64,000 nt of DNA. Source: an uncultured bacterium (GTDB lineage: Bacteria > Hydrothermota > Tepidihabitantia > Tepidihabitantales > Tepidihabitantaceae). The position numbers and the translations under genes were made by a program. Positions 17,982 to 27,136 of this stretch are shown in pieces. How positions within the stretch are numbered: position 1 is the first letter of the stretch; each line of letters opens with the position of its first letter. A model generated the notes under the pieces. The model searched no databases. It saw only the letters and a list, made by a program, of their open reading frames with translations, and was not told the origin of the DNA. The DNA lies in assembly GCA_964626075.1 (NCBI GenBank), contig CAZVDD010000018.1, forward strand, positions 18,189-82,188. Direction: 5' to 3'.

Positions 17982-20534
17982 CTAACCGGCTAATAGCAAA
18001 CGAAGGCTGTTGCTTTCGCAATGAGGGCAGGCGCGTTCTTCGGGCTGGCCCGGTGTCCAGTGATGAGTTGATTCTTTGCCGCAGCGGAGGCATACAAACG
18101 ACATCTCACCGGCAGTCTTGGGCTCAGTTCGTACGGCTACCCTGGGAGGATTACGAAGAATCTGCTTTGTCTGCTCAATCTCCTCTGGTGTCACCGACGC
18201 CCTGAGCCTTTCCAGTTCCCCCATTGTTTTGACAAACCGCGGTGCCTGCGCCGCAGAAATCCACTCCAGTTGCAGCCTTTCCGGTCGAATCCCCCACGCC
18301 TCAAGTTTGTCCCATAGTTTTTCGACCCGACGCTGGGTCTGCCGGTTAGCATTGAGGTAGTGGCAGTCCGCATAGTGACACCCCGAAACAAGAACGACCG
18401 GGGCCCCGAGTGCAAATGCTTTGAGCACAAACTTTTCAGCAACGCGGGCGCTGCACATCGTTCGAATCAAAACCTGTGTGGGTGGGTACTGCGACCGTGT
18501 CAGCCCAACCGTATCTGATGCCGCATAGGAGCACCAGTGGCAGGCAAACACAATCGCTTTCGACTCGGGTTCTTCTGCTAGCGCCGCCTCAATCTGAGCA
18601 ATAATCTGTTCGTCCGTGAACTGATGTGCCTCAATCGCCTCAAACCGACACTCTGCCGCACAATTGCCACAGCCGGCACAGACGGCATCAATCGCCTTTG
18701 CCGGCGCACCCCGTTGCCACTCGACCGCTTTAAATGTACAGACCGGTGCGCACATGCCACAAGCACGGCACTTATCGGTTATAACCTCCACCGTATTGGG
18801 CTCTGCCGCCAGTGAACTTTGTGCCAAAAGCCGCGCCGCTCGCCCCGCCGCCGCACTTGCCTGTGTCACCGAATCCTTGACATCTTTTGGTCCTTCGGCA
18901 CACCCGGCATAAAAAACCCCGCGTACTGGCGAATCAACCGGTTGCAGTTTCGGGTGTGCCTCAAGAAGGAAACCTTCCGGATGGATTTGCAGCGCCATAA
19001 GTTGTTGAATCGGCTTGGTCTCAGGCCTTGGTTTGACTCCGGTCGCCAGCACCACCAGTTCCGCGATGTGTTCTTCAACCTTACCGGTTTCGGTGTTTTC
19101 CACATAGAGTTTTAGATTGCCCGTTGCTTTATCTTCAATCACTTCACCTGGAATCCCGCGAATATATTTGACACCGAGGCGCCGGGAACGCCACAACATC
19201 TCTTCAAACCCTTTACTGAAGGCGCGTAGGTCGATGTAGAAAACTTTGATGTCCATATCCGGGTAATGCTCTTTAAGCACCAGACTGTCTTTAATTGTGT
19301 TCATACAACAGATGTTGCTACAGTAGGGCGTACCCTGTTGCACACAGCGCGAGCCGACACACTGAATAAAGGCGATGCTGTCCGGGCGCCGCCGGTCACT
19401 CAGCCGGATGAGTTCACCGCCAGTTGGTCCTCCCGAGGATGCCAGTCGCTCAAACTCCATTGCCGTTATCACATTTGCTGCCCGACCATAGCCGAATTCG
19501 GCGCGTGGCAACGGGTCAAACGGCTCCATTCCGGTAGCAACGATAATTGCACCCACCTCAAAGTTGAACTCTTTGTCCTGAGCGTTCAAGTCAATGCACT
19601 TCTTTTCGCACGCCTGAGCACATTTGCCACAGGCAATGGGGTTTAAGCCAAGACAGTCATCGGGATTGAGTACATAAGCCGCCGGAATCGCCTGCGGGAA
19701 CGGCTGGTAAATCGCATGTCTCAACCCAAGCCCTAAATTAAACTCATCCGGAACCAGTTGCGGGCAAACCTGGGCACATTCGCCACAGGCGGTGCACTCC
19801 CGCTCATCAACAAATCGCGCCTTCTGCCGAACCGTTACCTTAAAGTCACCAACATGACCGGCAACTTCTTTGACCTCGGCAAGGGTCAGGAGTTTGATTT
19901 TCGGATGCCGACCGACATCCGCCATCTTGGGCGCAAGTATTCATATCGCACAATCCATCGTCGGATAGGTTTTGTGCAACTGCGCCATCAACCCACCGAG
20001 CGAAGGTTGACGCTCCACCAGATATACCTGATGACCCGCATCTGCCAGGTCAAGACTCGCCTGAATCCCGGCAACACCACCGCCAATTACCAGCACCGCA
20101 TCCTTTATGGGGAAACGACGCGGGCTAAGCGGTTTCAGTGCCCGTGCTTTTGCCACCGCCATTCGAACCAGACTGCACGCCTTTTTCGTTGCCCGCTCCG
20201 GCTCAAGGGCATGAACCCAGGAACACCCTTCCCGGATGTTCACCATCTCCATAAGAAACGGATTCAAACCCGCCTGTGCCACGCAGGCACGAAAAGTAGG
20301 CTCGTGCATCCGTGGTGTGCAAGCCGCCACCACCACCCGATTGAGGTTGAATTCGGCAATCGCCTTCTGAATCTCCTTCTGCCCTGGTTCAGAGCAGTTG
20401 TAGAGGCTGGTTACCGCATAAACCACATCGGGTAAGGTTTTGACGTAATTCACCACCTCTTCGACATTGACGGTGCCGGCGATGTTGGTGCCGCACCGGC
20501 AGACAAACACGCCGATTCGCGTCTCTTGACTCAT
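17982..20534 (-). CDS. hdrA: Heterodisulfide reductase subunit A-like flavoprotein fused to a C-terminal MvhD/FlpD domain; selenoprotein with an in-frame UGA (Sec) at 19941-19943
   Basis: Track ORFs 19941..20534 and 17982..19925 are in the same frame, separated only by TGA plus five sense codons. N-terminal part has an HdrA-type Cys cluster ([10 protein letters not shown]), FAD Rossmann [19 protein letters not shown], and ...[15 protein letters not shown]...; the downstream part has ferredoxin CxxCxxCxxxCP motifs and an MvhD domain ([12 protein letters not shown]...RTMCSARV...[11 protein letters not shown]). Confidence 0.8.
19902..19921 (-). promoter_or_regulatory. Putative bacterial SECIS hairpin about 20 nt 3' of the in-frame UGA
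   Basis: mRNA reads CGGAUG-UCGGUCGG-CAUCCG: perfect 6-bp stem and 8-nt loop containing GGU, at bacterial-type spacing from the UGA. Confidence 0.5.
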
Positions 20535-20543
20535 CGCCTTATT

Positions 20544-22079
20544 CTACTCCTTATCGCTTATAAAATCAATTAAATTCACAATCCGCAGCGCATCTTTGTT
20601 ACCCCGGCTCAATTGGGCGCAGCGGAGATGAATTTCACACCTACTGCAGCCGGTAATAAGAGTTTCCGCATTTACCGCCTGCCACTCCTGCAAGCGCCGA
20701 TCCTGAAGCAGTCTTACCGCCGCTCCACATTCGAGCCACGATGTGCCCCCACAACACAACGCTTCGGTACGGTTATGCTCCATCTCAACCAGCTCAACCC
20801 CGTTGACTTCGGTAATCAACTGACGCGGCGCATCTTCTACCCCTAAATGTCTACTCAATCGGCACGGGTCATGGTAGGTAACCCGCAATCGCTTCCCATT
20901 GCCAATGGGCTTAAACCCGTGCTCCAGTAAGAACTCACTTATGTGTCTTAATCTCAACCCCAACAATCGGGTTCCGGCAATACGCGGGTAATCCAGTTTG
21001 AATGTCCGCAAACACTCCGGGCAGAGAAATACCACCTCTTTCACCCCTGCATCCTGCAATCTATCTAAGTTGTGCCGGGCAAGTTTCCTTACGGTACGGA
21101 CATCACCCATCCATAACAAATCGTGTCCGCAACAACGCTCATCAGAAAGCACCACCGGCTCAATTCCCAATCGGTTCATAATCCGTACCGCATTACGCAA
21201 TGTTTCAACTGGATTCACCCCCAATTCCTTAAACAGCACATCAAAATAAGGTGCGCATCCCGTCCAGAGGGCGGTTTCGCCTTTATCAACAACTCGCAGT
21301 TCAGCACCAACCCAGTCCCGCCGATTCTGAATCAAAGCCGTTTTTGCCATCATTCTACCCAACGTTTGCACAACACCATCGTGTGCCAGCACCGGCTGTG
21401 TTCCCTCCTGAAATGCTAGCGCCCTTAACCGCAACATCTCTTCCGCAATACTCTTTCCAGTGGGGCAAACTGTTTTACACATATCACACCCTAAACAGGC
21501 ATAAATGACCCTCGTATTCACAACCGTATTTTCGGTCAACGCCTTTTGCAGCAACCGCCGCGGTGAGAAACCAAGACCGGTTCGGGCGACCGGACACACT
21601 CCGCTACACCTACCACAGTCAATACATACAAAATCACTTTGTTTGACAACCTTTTCAAAATCTTTATCACCGCACTCCTGCTCTGAGTTAGCCGGTTGTT
21701 TGTTGAGAAACTTCTCTTTCACTCCCGCTGTTCTCACGAACAAATCATTAAACGAAACTGGTCCAGACACGGTAACGAATTGAACTTGTCCAGGATTAAA
21801 CCCCATCAGCTTTAAAATCTGCCGGCTCATTTCAACCTGTTTTCGGGCATTTTGTGCACCAATCTCGTGCCGGCACTCCTGCTCCAAACAACCGAAAAGT
21901 ACAACCCGGTCGGCACCATACTCAAAGGCACGCAATATCGAACCAGTTCCCACCTGACCGATACAGGTTACCCTCCGATACCCGAACCCGTTTTTCAACA
22001 AAAAATCTGCTGACACCTGCCCGGAAACCCGCTCACAGATGAAAGCAAAGCTTCTGATTAAAGGCGACTTACTTTCCAT
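20544..22079 (-). CDS. FlpD/MvhD-like domain fused to HdrC-like 2x[4Fe-4S] ferredoxin and HdrB-like CCG domains (HdrD-like fusion)
   Basis: N-terminal MvhD-like region (FICERVSG...RVTCIGQV...VLFGCLEQECRH), CIDCGRCSGVCP and CLGCDMCKTVCP clusters, then CCGHD and CCGG cysteine-rich (CCG) motifs. Confidence 0.75.
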   Translation of the reverse strand: MESKSPLIRSFAFICERVSGQVSADFLLKNGFGYRRVTCIGQVGTGSILRAFEYGADRVVLFGCLEQECRHEIGAQNARKQVEMSRQILKLMGFNPGQVQFVTVSGPVSFNDLFVRTAGVKEKFLNKQPANSEQECGDKDFEKVVKQSDFVCIDCGRCSGVCPVARTGLGFSPRRLLQKALTENTVVNTRVIYACLGCDMCKTVCPTGKSIAEEMLRLRALAFQEGTQPVLAHDGVVQTLGRMMAKTALIQNRRDWVGAELRVVDKGETALWTGCAPYFDVLFKELGVNPVETLRNAVRIMNRLGIEPVVLSDERCCGHDLLWMGDVRTVRKLARHNLDRLQDAGVKEVVFLCPECLRTFKLDYPRIAGTRLLGLRLRHISEFLLEHGFKPIGNGKRLRVTYHDPCRLSRHLGVEDAPRQLITEVNGVELVEMEHNRTEALCCGGTSWLECGAAVRLLQDRRLQEWQAVNAETLITGCSRCEIHLRCAQLSRGNKDALRIVNLIDFISDKE

Positions 22080-23934
22080 CGCTACCGGTAAAAACTGCCG
22101 CCGCTAATTTGAAAGAACTCTGGAGTGCACCGCTCGGACAAACAGGTAAACAGTTACCGCATCCCCGACAGCGCTGGTTGTCAACGACCGCAACCTGAAT
22201 ACCTGAATACCACACCTGCCTGCTAATCGCCTCATGGGGACAAATCTCAACACACCTTCCACATCCGCGACACAACTCCTTCTCTACTTTAACAACCAAA
22301 GGCTGAATTACCGCTGGAATTGTCTCGTTCCCTCTGCCGACATTAACTTGTAACTCCACCGCCAGTTCTTCAACATTATCGGGCAAAACAGTTTCCAGGG
22401 AATGAATCCGCATTATCACCGAATCAGATTTGTCAACAGTCTGGACTACCACCTGATGTTTCGGACAGGTCCGATGGCAGCGAATACATTCCCCACAAAA
22501 ACCACACCGTAAACAGCGCTCCGCCTCCTGAACCGCCTGCTCCGGTGTTAACGGTGCCTCAACCTCGGCAAAGATGTTTCGCTTTTCGGGCGCCAGGAGT
22601 CCTAACTTTACCCTGCTCTTGGGCACCGCGGTTAGAACCGGCACCTGAACTTCAAGTTGCACTTCAGAAACTGCTACCGTCTCATCTTGGTTGCTGATAA
22701 ATTTATGAATCGCCTTTGCACCCCGATGACCACTGGCGATGGCATCAATCACCGTTGCCGGGCCACTTGCCGCATCGCCCCCGACAAAAACCCCAACGGG
22801 CAATTGATTTACATCCTTTTCCACCTTCTGGCCCAGTGCGGTGATAACCCAATTAGCACCAATCACAAAAAGCGAATCCGGAATCGGTACCGGTTTTCTC
22901 CGCCCCGACTCATCGGGCGCGCCCAGCGTATTTCGGACACATTTCAATCCGGTAACCTTGCCATCCTTATAAACAAACTCTACCGGCTGGGTCAGATACT
23001 CAATTCTGACACCCTCTGCCTCTGCCTGGGAAATCTCCTCTTCATCGGCAGGCATTTCTGTTCTGCTTCGGCGGTAAACAATCCAAACCTCTTCAGCCCC
23101 TAACCGCTTTGCCACTCTTGCGGCGTCAATCGCCGAATTTCCACCGCCAATCACCAGCACCCTACCAAGCAAATTTTTAATATCACCGGAAAACGCCCTT
23201 TTCAAAAATGAAAGCGCATCAATCACTCCGGTAAGTTCATCCTCCAAAGCCAGCCCCAGAGTCAAGCTTTTCTGACAACCCGGAGCATAAAACACCGCCG
23301 CATAACCATCTTTTAGAAGTTGTGCCGGCTCGTCAATTTTTGTTCTGGTAAAAATTTCCACTCCCAATCCGAGAATGGAGTCAATCTCCTGTTCAATAAC
23401 CGACCGAGGCAGACGAAAAGGCGGAATACCCCATAACAGCATACCACCAGGTTTTTCCTGTGCCTCAAAAATCGTCACCTGATACCCTAACCGAATTAGG
23501 TCGTTTGCCGCAGTCAAACCCGCCGGACCAGCACCGACAACCGCCACGCGTTGCGGCTGTTTAACGGTGTCTTTTGGTAATGCCGCCTGGGGTTGATTGA
23601 CCGCATAATCGGCGATGAAACGTTTCAGGGCTCTGATTGCGACCGGTTCATCCAATTCCGCCCGACGGCACTCTTTCTCACAGGGATGGGTACAAACGCG
23701 GCCGCAGATTCCAGGAAAAGGATTGGTCTGTCGCACCACTTCCAGCGCCTGGACAAATTTGCCGGCGGCAATTAACCCAACATAAGCCTTGACATTAACA
23801 CCAGCCGGACAGGCAACCCGACAGGGCGACGGTGGCGCCGGCACGATTTGAAACTCCCGCTCCCCAACTCGTAAACTCGCCCCCTTCCCATAAAGCATCT
23901 CCTTGAAACTCAGCCGTTCCTTTGCCGTGTTCAC
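22069..23934 (-). CDS. GltD/NfnB/SudA-family NAD(P)H-dependent FAD oxidoreductase with C-terminal extra [4Fe-4S] ferredoxin domains
   Basis: N-terminal CRVACPAGVNV...ICGRVCTHPCEKEC Fe-S motif, two Rossmann motifs (VAVVGAGPAGLTAANDL; VLVIGGGNSAIDAA), C-terminal CRGCGRCVEICP/CRGCGNCLPVCP. Confidence 0.8.
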   Translation of the reverse strand: MNTAKERLSFKEMLYGKGASLRVGEREFQIVPAPPSPCRVACPAGVNVKAYVGLIAAGKFVQALEVVRQTNPFPGICGRVCTHPCEKECRRAELDEPVAIRALKRFIADYAVNQPQAALPKDTVKQPQRVAVVGAGPAGLTAANDLIRLGYQVTIFEAQEKPGGMLLWGIPPFRLPRSVIEQEIDSILGLGVEIFTRTKIDEPAQLLKDGYAAVFYAPGCQKSLTLGLALEDELTGVIDALSFLKRAFSGDIKNLLGRVLVIGGGNSAIDAARVAKRLGAEEVWIVYRRSRTEMPADEEEISQAEAEGVRIEYLTQPVEFVYKDGKVTGLKCVRNTLGAPDESGRRKPVPIPDSLFVIGANWVITALGQKVEKDVNQLPVGVFVGGDAASGPATVIDAIASGHRGAKAIHKFISNQDETVAVSEVQLEVQVPVLTAVPKSRVKLGLLAPEKRNIFAEVEAPLTPEQAVQEAERCLRCGFCGECIRCHRTCPKHQVVVQTVDKSDSVIMRIHSLETVLPDNVEELAVELQVNVGRGNETIPAVIQPLVVKVEKELCRGCGRCVEICPHEAISRQVWYSGIQVAVVDNQRCRGCGNCLPVCPSGALQSSFKLAAAVFTGSDGK

Positions 23935-24497
23935 GCCCGCCTCTTTTCTTTTCCAACCTGATACCCCTTCTCCAGCGCAATAAGATTTTTTTCCAGGAGT
24001 CGCGCCGGCAGTATGTCCTGAACCGCTTTAATTAGAGCCTCCTTGGGCACAATGCCGGTCACCGCAACCAAAAATCCAAGCATCACCATATTGGCATACA
24101 TCCGATTCCCAAGCCCCTCGGCAATTCTTGTCGCCGGAATGGCAAACTCCTTGACCCGGCCCAGGTGGTTATGCGGTCGTACCAGATTTTCCTCCCAGAT
24201 GAGCACGCCGTCATCCTTCAATGTGGGCTCAAACTTTTCATAGGCTTCTTGGGACATTGCCACTAAAATGTCCGGCGCTGTCAGATAAGGATAAAGCACC
24301 CGCTCCTCAGAAATAATCAACTGTGCCGAACAGGCACCCCCTCGCGCCTCGGGCCCGAAACTTTGCGTCAAGGTGGCATACTTATTATCATAAAGCGTTG
24401 CAGCACGGCCTAACACCATCCCCATCATTATAATGCCCTGGCCGCCAAATCCGGAAAGTTTAATCTCCATCTTCCATTGGTCCTTGATACGGGACAA
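23931..24497 (-). CDS. korC: 2-oxoacid:ferredoxin oxidoreductase gamma subunit
   Basis: 188 aa with GFGGQG pyruvate/ketoisovalerate oxidoreductase gamma-domain signature. Confidence 0.8.
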   Translation of the reverse strand: MSRIKDQWKMEIKLSGFGGQGIIMMGMVLGRAATLYDNKYATLTQSFGPEARGGACSAQLIISEERVLYPYLTAPDILVAMSQEAYEKFEPTLKDDGVLIWEENLVRPHNHLGRVKEFAIPATRIAEGLGNRMYANMVMLGFLVAVTGIVPKEALIKAVQDILPARLLEKNLIALEKGYQVGKEKRRA

Positions 24498-25350
24498 ACT
24501 TTTCGCCCACAGTCGTGCGCAAAAATTGGTTCATAATCTCGAGGTAAGTGGGCTGTTGCTTCTGAACAAACCTTCCAACAACGATTGGACCTTGATAGGT
24601 TATTTCGCACTCCCGGGTGTCAATATCGTTCCTGACGACCGACCTTTCCTTATAATACTTCACAATCTCAAGGCCCGAGCCCAACTGATTGCGCCGGCCA
24701 TAAACCGTCGGGCAGGGCGAAATCACCTCAACAAAACTGAATCCCGAGTGCATTAAAGCCTCTTTGAATGCTTGTGTCATCTGTCGGACATGAAGCACAG
24801 TCCAGCGTGCCACATAGGTTGCCCCGCAGGAGTCAACAAGAAATGGAATGTTAAACGGGTGCTCAAAACTGCCGTAAGGCGCCGTCGTCAACTTCGCGCC
24901 CTGGGGTGTCGTTGGGCCAAACTGACCGCCCGTCATCGCATAGTTGAAATTGTTTACACAGATTACGGTCAAATCCATATTGCGCCGCGCTGCATGAATA
25001 AGGTGGTTACCGCCAATCGACACCAAATCACCGTCGCCGGAGATAATCACCACCTTCAGTTGCGGATTGCCCAATTTTAAACCAATCGCAAACGGTATCG
25101 CCCGGCCATGGGTGGTGTGAAACGAATCAAGGTTTACATAACCAGCGGCGCGGCCCGTGCAACCGATACCGGACACAACTACCAAATCCTGCCGGGGAAT
25201 GGCACTCTCCCGCACCGCCGTCAGAAAAGAGTTCAAAACGATACCCAGACCACAGGTCGGACACCAGATATGGGGTATGCGGTCCACCCTTAACAGGTCG
25301 TCAAGCGGGTGCTGTTCCAGCCCGGCGATATTGACCGTCGCTTCACTCAT
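24460..25350 (-). CDS. korB: 2-oxoacid:ferredoxin oxidoreductase beta subunit (TPP-binding)
   Basis: GIGCTGRAAGY..GDGD TPP-binding motif, 296 aa. Confidence 0.85.
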   Translation of the reverse strand: MSEATVNIAGLEQHPLDDLLRVDRIPHIWCPTCGLGIVLNSFLTAVRESAIPRQDLVVVSGIGCTGRAAGYVNLDSFHTTHGRAIPFAIGLKLGNPQLKVVIISGDGDLVSIGGNHLIHAARRNMDLTVICVNNFNYAMTGGQFGPTTPQGAKLTTAPYGSFEHPFNIPFLVDSCGATYVARWTVLHVRQMTQAFKEALMHSGFSFVEVISPCPTVYGRRNQLGSGLEIVKYYKERSVVRNDIDTRECEITYQGPIVVGRFVQKQQPTYLEIMNQFLRTTVGEKFVPYQGPMEDGD

Positions 25351-26501
25351 CGCGCACTCTCCATTATCGCCTCAAAGATGTCTTTCGGGTCATGAACCCA
25401 ACCACCACAATGGGGAACATGTCGCGTCTGCGCCCAACCCCCCACCACCCTTTGCAGCTCCAGATACACCTGACCCAAATTTATCTCGGGCATAACAAAC
25501 GCCTTTACTCTCTTTGCCAGTTGTTTAATCTTACTTTCCGGGAAGGGCCAGACCGTAATCAACCGCAACATCCCGACCTTCACACCGCGTGCCCGGGCGT
25601 CTTCAATCGCCTTGAACGCCACCCGGGCACTGATTCCGTAAGCGACAACAACCACCTCGGCGTCGTTTAGTTGGTACTCATCTACGATAACTATTTTCTC
25701 CCGATTCTTGCGGATTTTTTCAACCAGATGGGTAACGCACCAGTTCTGACACTCGGCATTTATCACCGGATAACCCCGTTCATCATGGGTCAATCCGGTA
25801 ATATGAATCCGGTAATCCTTTCCTGCCCGGACCATCGCGGGTACACCATCCTCCTCGGGTTTAAAAGGGCGATACTGTTCTCGCGGACCACGATACCACC
25901 TTCTTGGTACCAAACGGATTTTATCTGGCTCCGGGATGACCACCTTTTCGGTCATATGGCCTACACATTCATCCATCATAAACAAAACCGGGACTCGGAA
26001 TTGCTCGGCGAAATTAAAACAGGTAATCGTCAAATCGAAACACTCCTGTGGTGAAGCCGGTGCCAGAGCGATAATCTCATAATCCCCGTGCGAACCCCAC
26101 CGGGCTTGCATCATATCTTGCTGCCCGGTTAAAGTGGGTAATCCAGTTGAAGGACCACCCCGCTGGACATTAACTACGACACAGGGGGTTTCAGTCATCA
26201 CCCCGAGCCCGATATTCTCCTGCATCAACGAAAAACCAGGACCCGAGGTAACAGTCATCGCTTTAGTTCCTGCCCATGCTGCGCCCAGCACCGCCGCAAT
26301 TGAAGCCAGTTCATCTTCCATCTGAATAAATGTACCGCCAACCATCGGGAACCGCTGGGCAATTCGTTCCGCAATCTCGGTGGAAGGGGTTATTGGGTAC
26401 CCGGCAAAAAAACGACAGCCAGCCGCAATCGCCCCCTCAGCACAGGCGTGGTCACCATCAAGAAAATGTGCTCCGGTCAGCACAACATCACTGTTCCTCA
26501 C
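25347..26501 (-). CDS. korA: 2-oxoacid:ferredoxin oxidoreductase alpha subunit
   Basis: 384 aa, FAGYPITPSTEI... canonical alpha-subunit N-terminus. Confidence 0.85.
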   Translation of the reverse strand: MRNSDVVLTGAHFLDGDHACAEGAIAAGCRFFAGYPITPSTEIAERIAQRFPMVGGTFIQMEDELASIAAVLGAAWAGTKAMTVTSGPGFSLMQENIGLGVMTETPCVVVNVQRGGPSTGLPTLTGQQDMMQARWGSHGDYEIIALAPASPQECFDLTITCFNFAEQFRVPVLFMMDECVGHMTEKVVIPEPDKIRLVPRRWYRGPREQYRPFKPEEDGVPAMVRAGKDYRIHITGLTHDERGYPVINAECQNWCVTHLVEKIRKNREKIVIVDEYQLNDAEVVVVAYGISARVAFKAIEDARARGVKVGMLRLITVWPFPESKIKQLAKRVKAFVMPEINLGQVYLELQRVVGGWAQTRHVPHCGGWVHDPKDIFEAIMESAR

Positions 26502-26787
26502 CTGTGCCCCCGGTCATTACCTTCTCGGATTCCTGGTCCGGCGTTGTCCAGATGGCGAATTCGGCACAGATAGCAGTACACAATCCGCAATCAACGCAAC
26601 GCTCAGGGTATTTGACAATCGGAGGGTGATAACCCCGCCGATTGAAATCGGTTGACGCTTCAAGCACCTGTTTCGGACAAAAGGTAATACAGAAACCGCA
26701 TCCCTTGCATCGCTCAATCAGGATGTGAACAATACCGTGGGGTGGCTTCTTTTGCTCCGCATCTAAAGGTTTGCGCCACAGTTTCAT
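26488..26787 (-). CDS. korD: 2-oxoacid:ferredoxin oxidoreductase delta subunit (2x[4Fe-4S] ferredoxin)
   Basis: 99 aa with CKGCGFCITFCP and CVDCGLCTAICA clusters; first gene of the string. Confidence 0.8.
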   Translation of the reverse strand: MKLWRKPLDAEQKKPPHGIVHILIERCKGCGFCITFCPKQVLEASTDFNRRGYHPPIVKYPERCVDCGLCTAICAEFAIWTTPDQESEKVMTGGTGEEQ

Positions 26788-27020
26788 CGATGTAGAAAGT
26801 TGATTATAAAAGTTAAATTTGGAGGGTCAAGAAAATCTGCCGGCAGGCACAAATCACAAAAACGTTCTTGGGGGAAAAGCCCGCTAACTGATAAATTCGA
26901 TAACTCGTTTTATGGCATAACATTCTTACATTTCAGTATGACTCTATCTCATCCTTGACTTCGCTTCGCACCTTCCTAAAATAAATTTGGTCGGATATAA
27001 GACCGAACTTTGTGACCGAT

Positions 27021-27106
27021 GCGAGGATGGCGGAACTGGCAGACGCGCCAGACTTAGGATCTGGTCCCGAAAAGGGATGGGGGTTCAACTCCCCCTCCTC
27101 GCACCA
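27021..27106 (+). tRNA. tRNA-Leu (anticodon TAG), CCA encoded
   Basis: GCGAGGATGGCGGAACTGGCAGACGCGCCAGACTTAGGATCTGG TCCCGAAAAGGGA TGGGGGTTCAACTCCCCCTCCTCGCACCA: 7-bp acceptor stem, long variable arm, anticodon loop CTTAGGA, T-loop TTCAACT. Confidence 0.88.
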
Positions 27107-27136
27107 GTTGAAGTGGATAAACTAAAGGAGTGAAGT

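Noticed and set aside
18076-19646. Multiple plus-strand ORFs (18076..18360, 18664..18912, 18819..19115, 19266..19646) opposite hdrA
   Set aside because: They are antisense to a strongly conserved Fe-S flavoprotein gene; Cys/Arg-rich translations typical of GC-rich antisense frames.
19758-20435. 225-aa plus-strand ORF opposite the hdrA N-terminal region
   Set aside because: It fully overlaps the conserved HdrA N-terminal domain on the other strand and has no motifs.
22657-23103. 148-aa plus-strand ORF inside the GltD-like gene
   Set aside because: Antisense to the conserved Rossmann-fold region; no features.
26788-27020. Possible Rex-type operator (TTGTGA half-sites) upstream of korD
   Set aside because: Only isolated half-sites (tttgtgacc, atcacaaa) without a proper inverted repeat.
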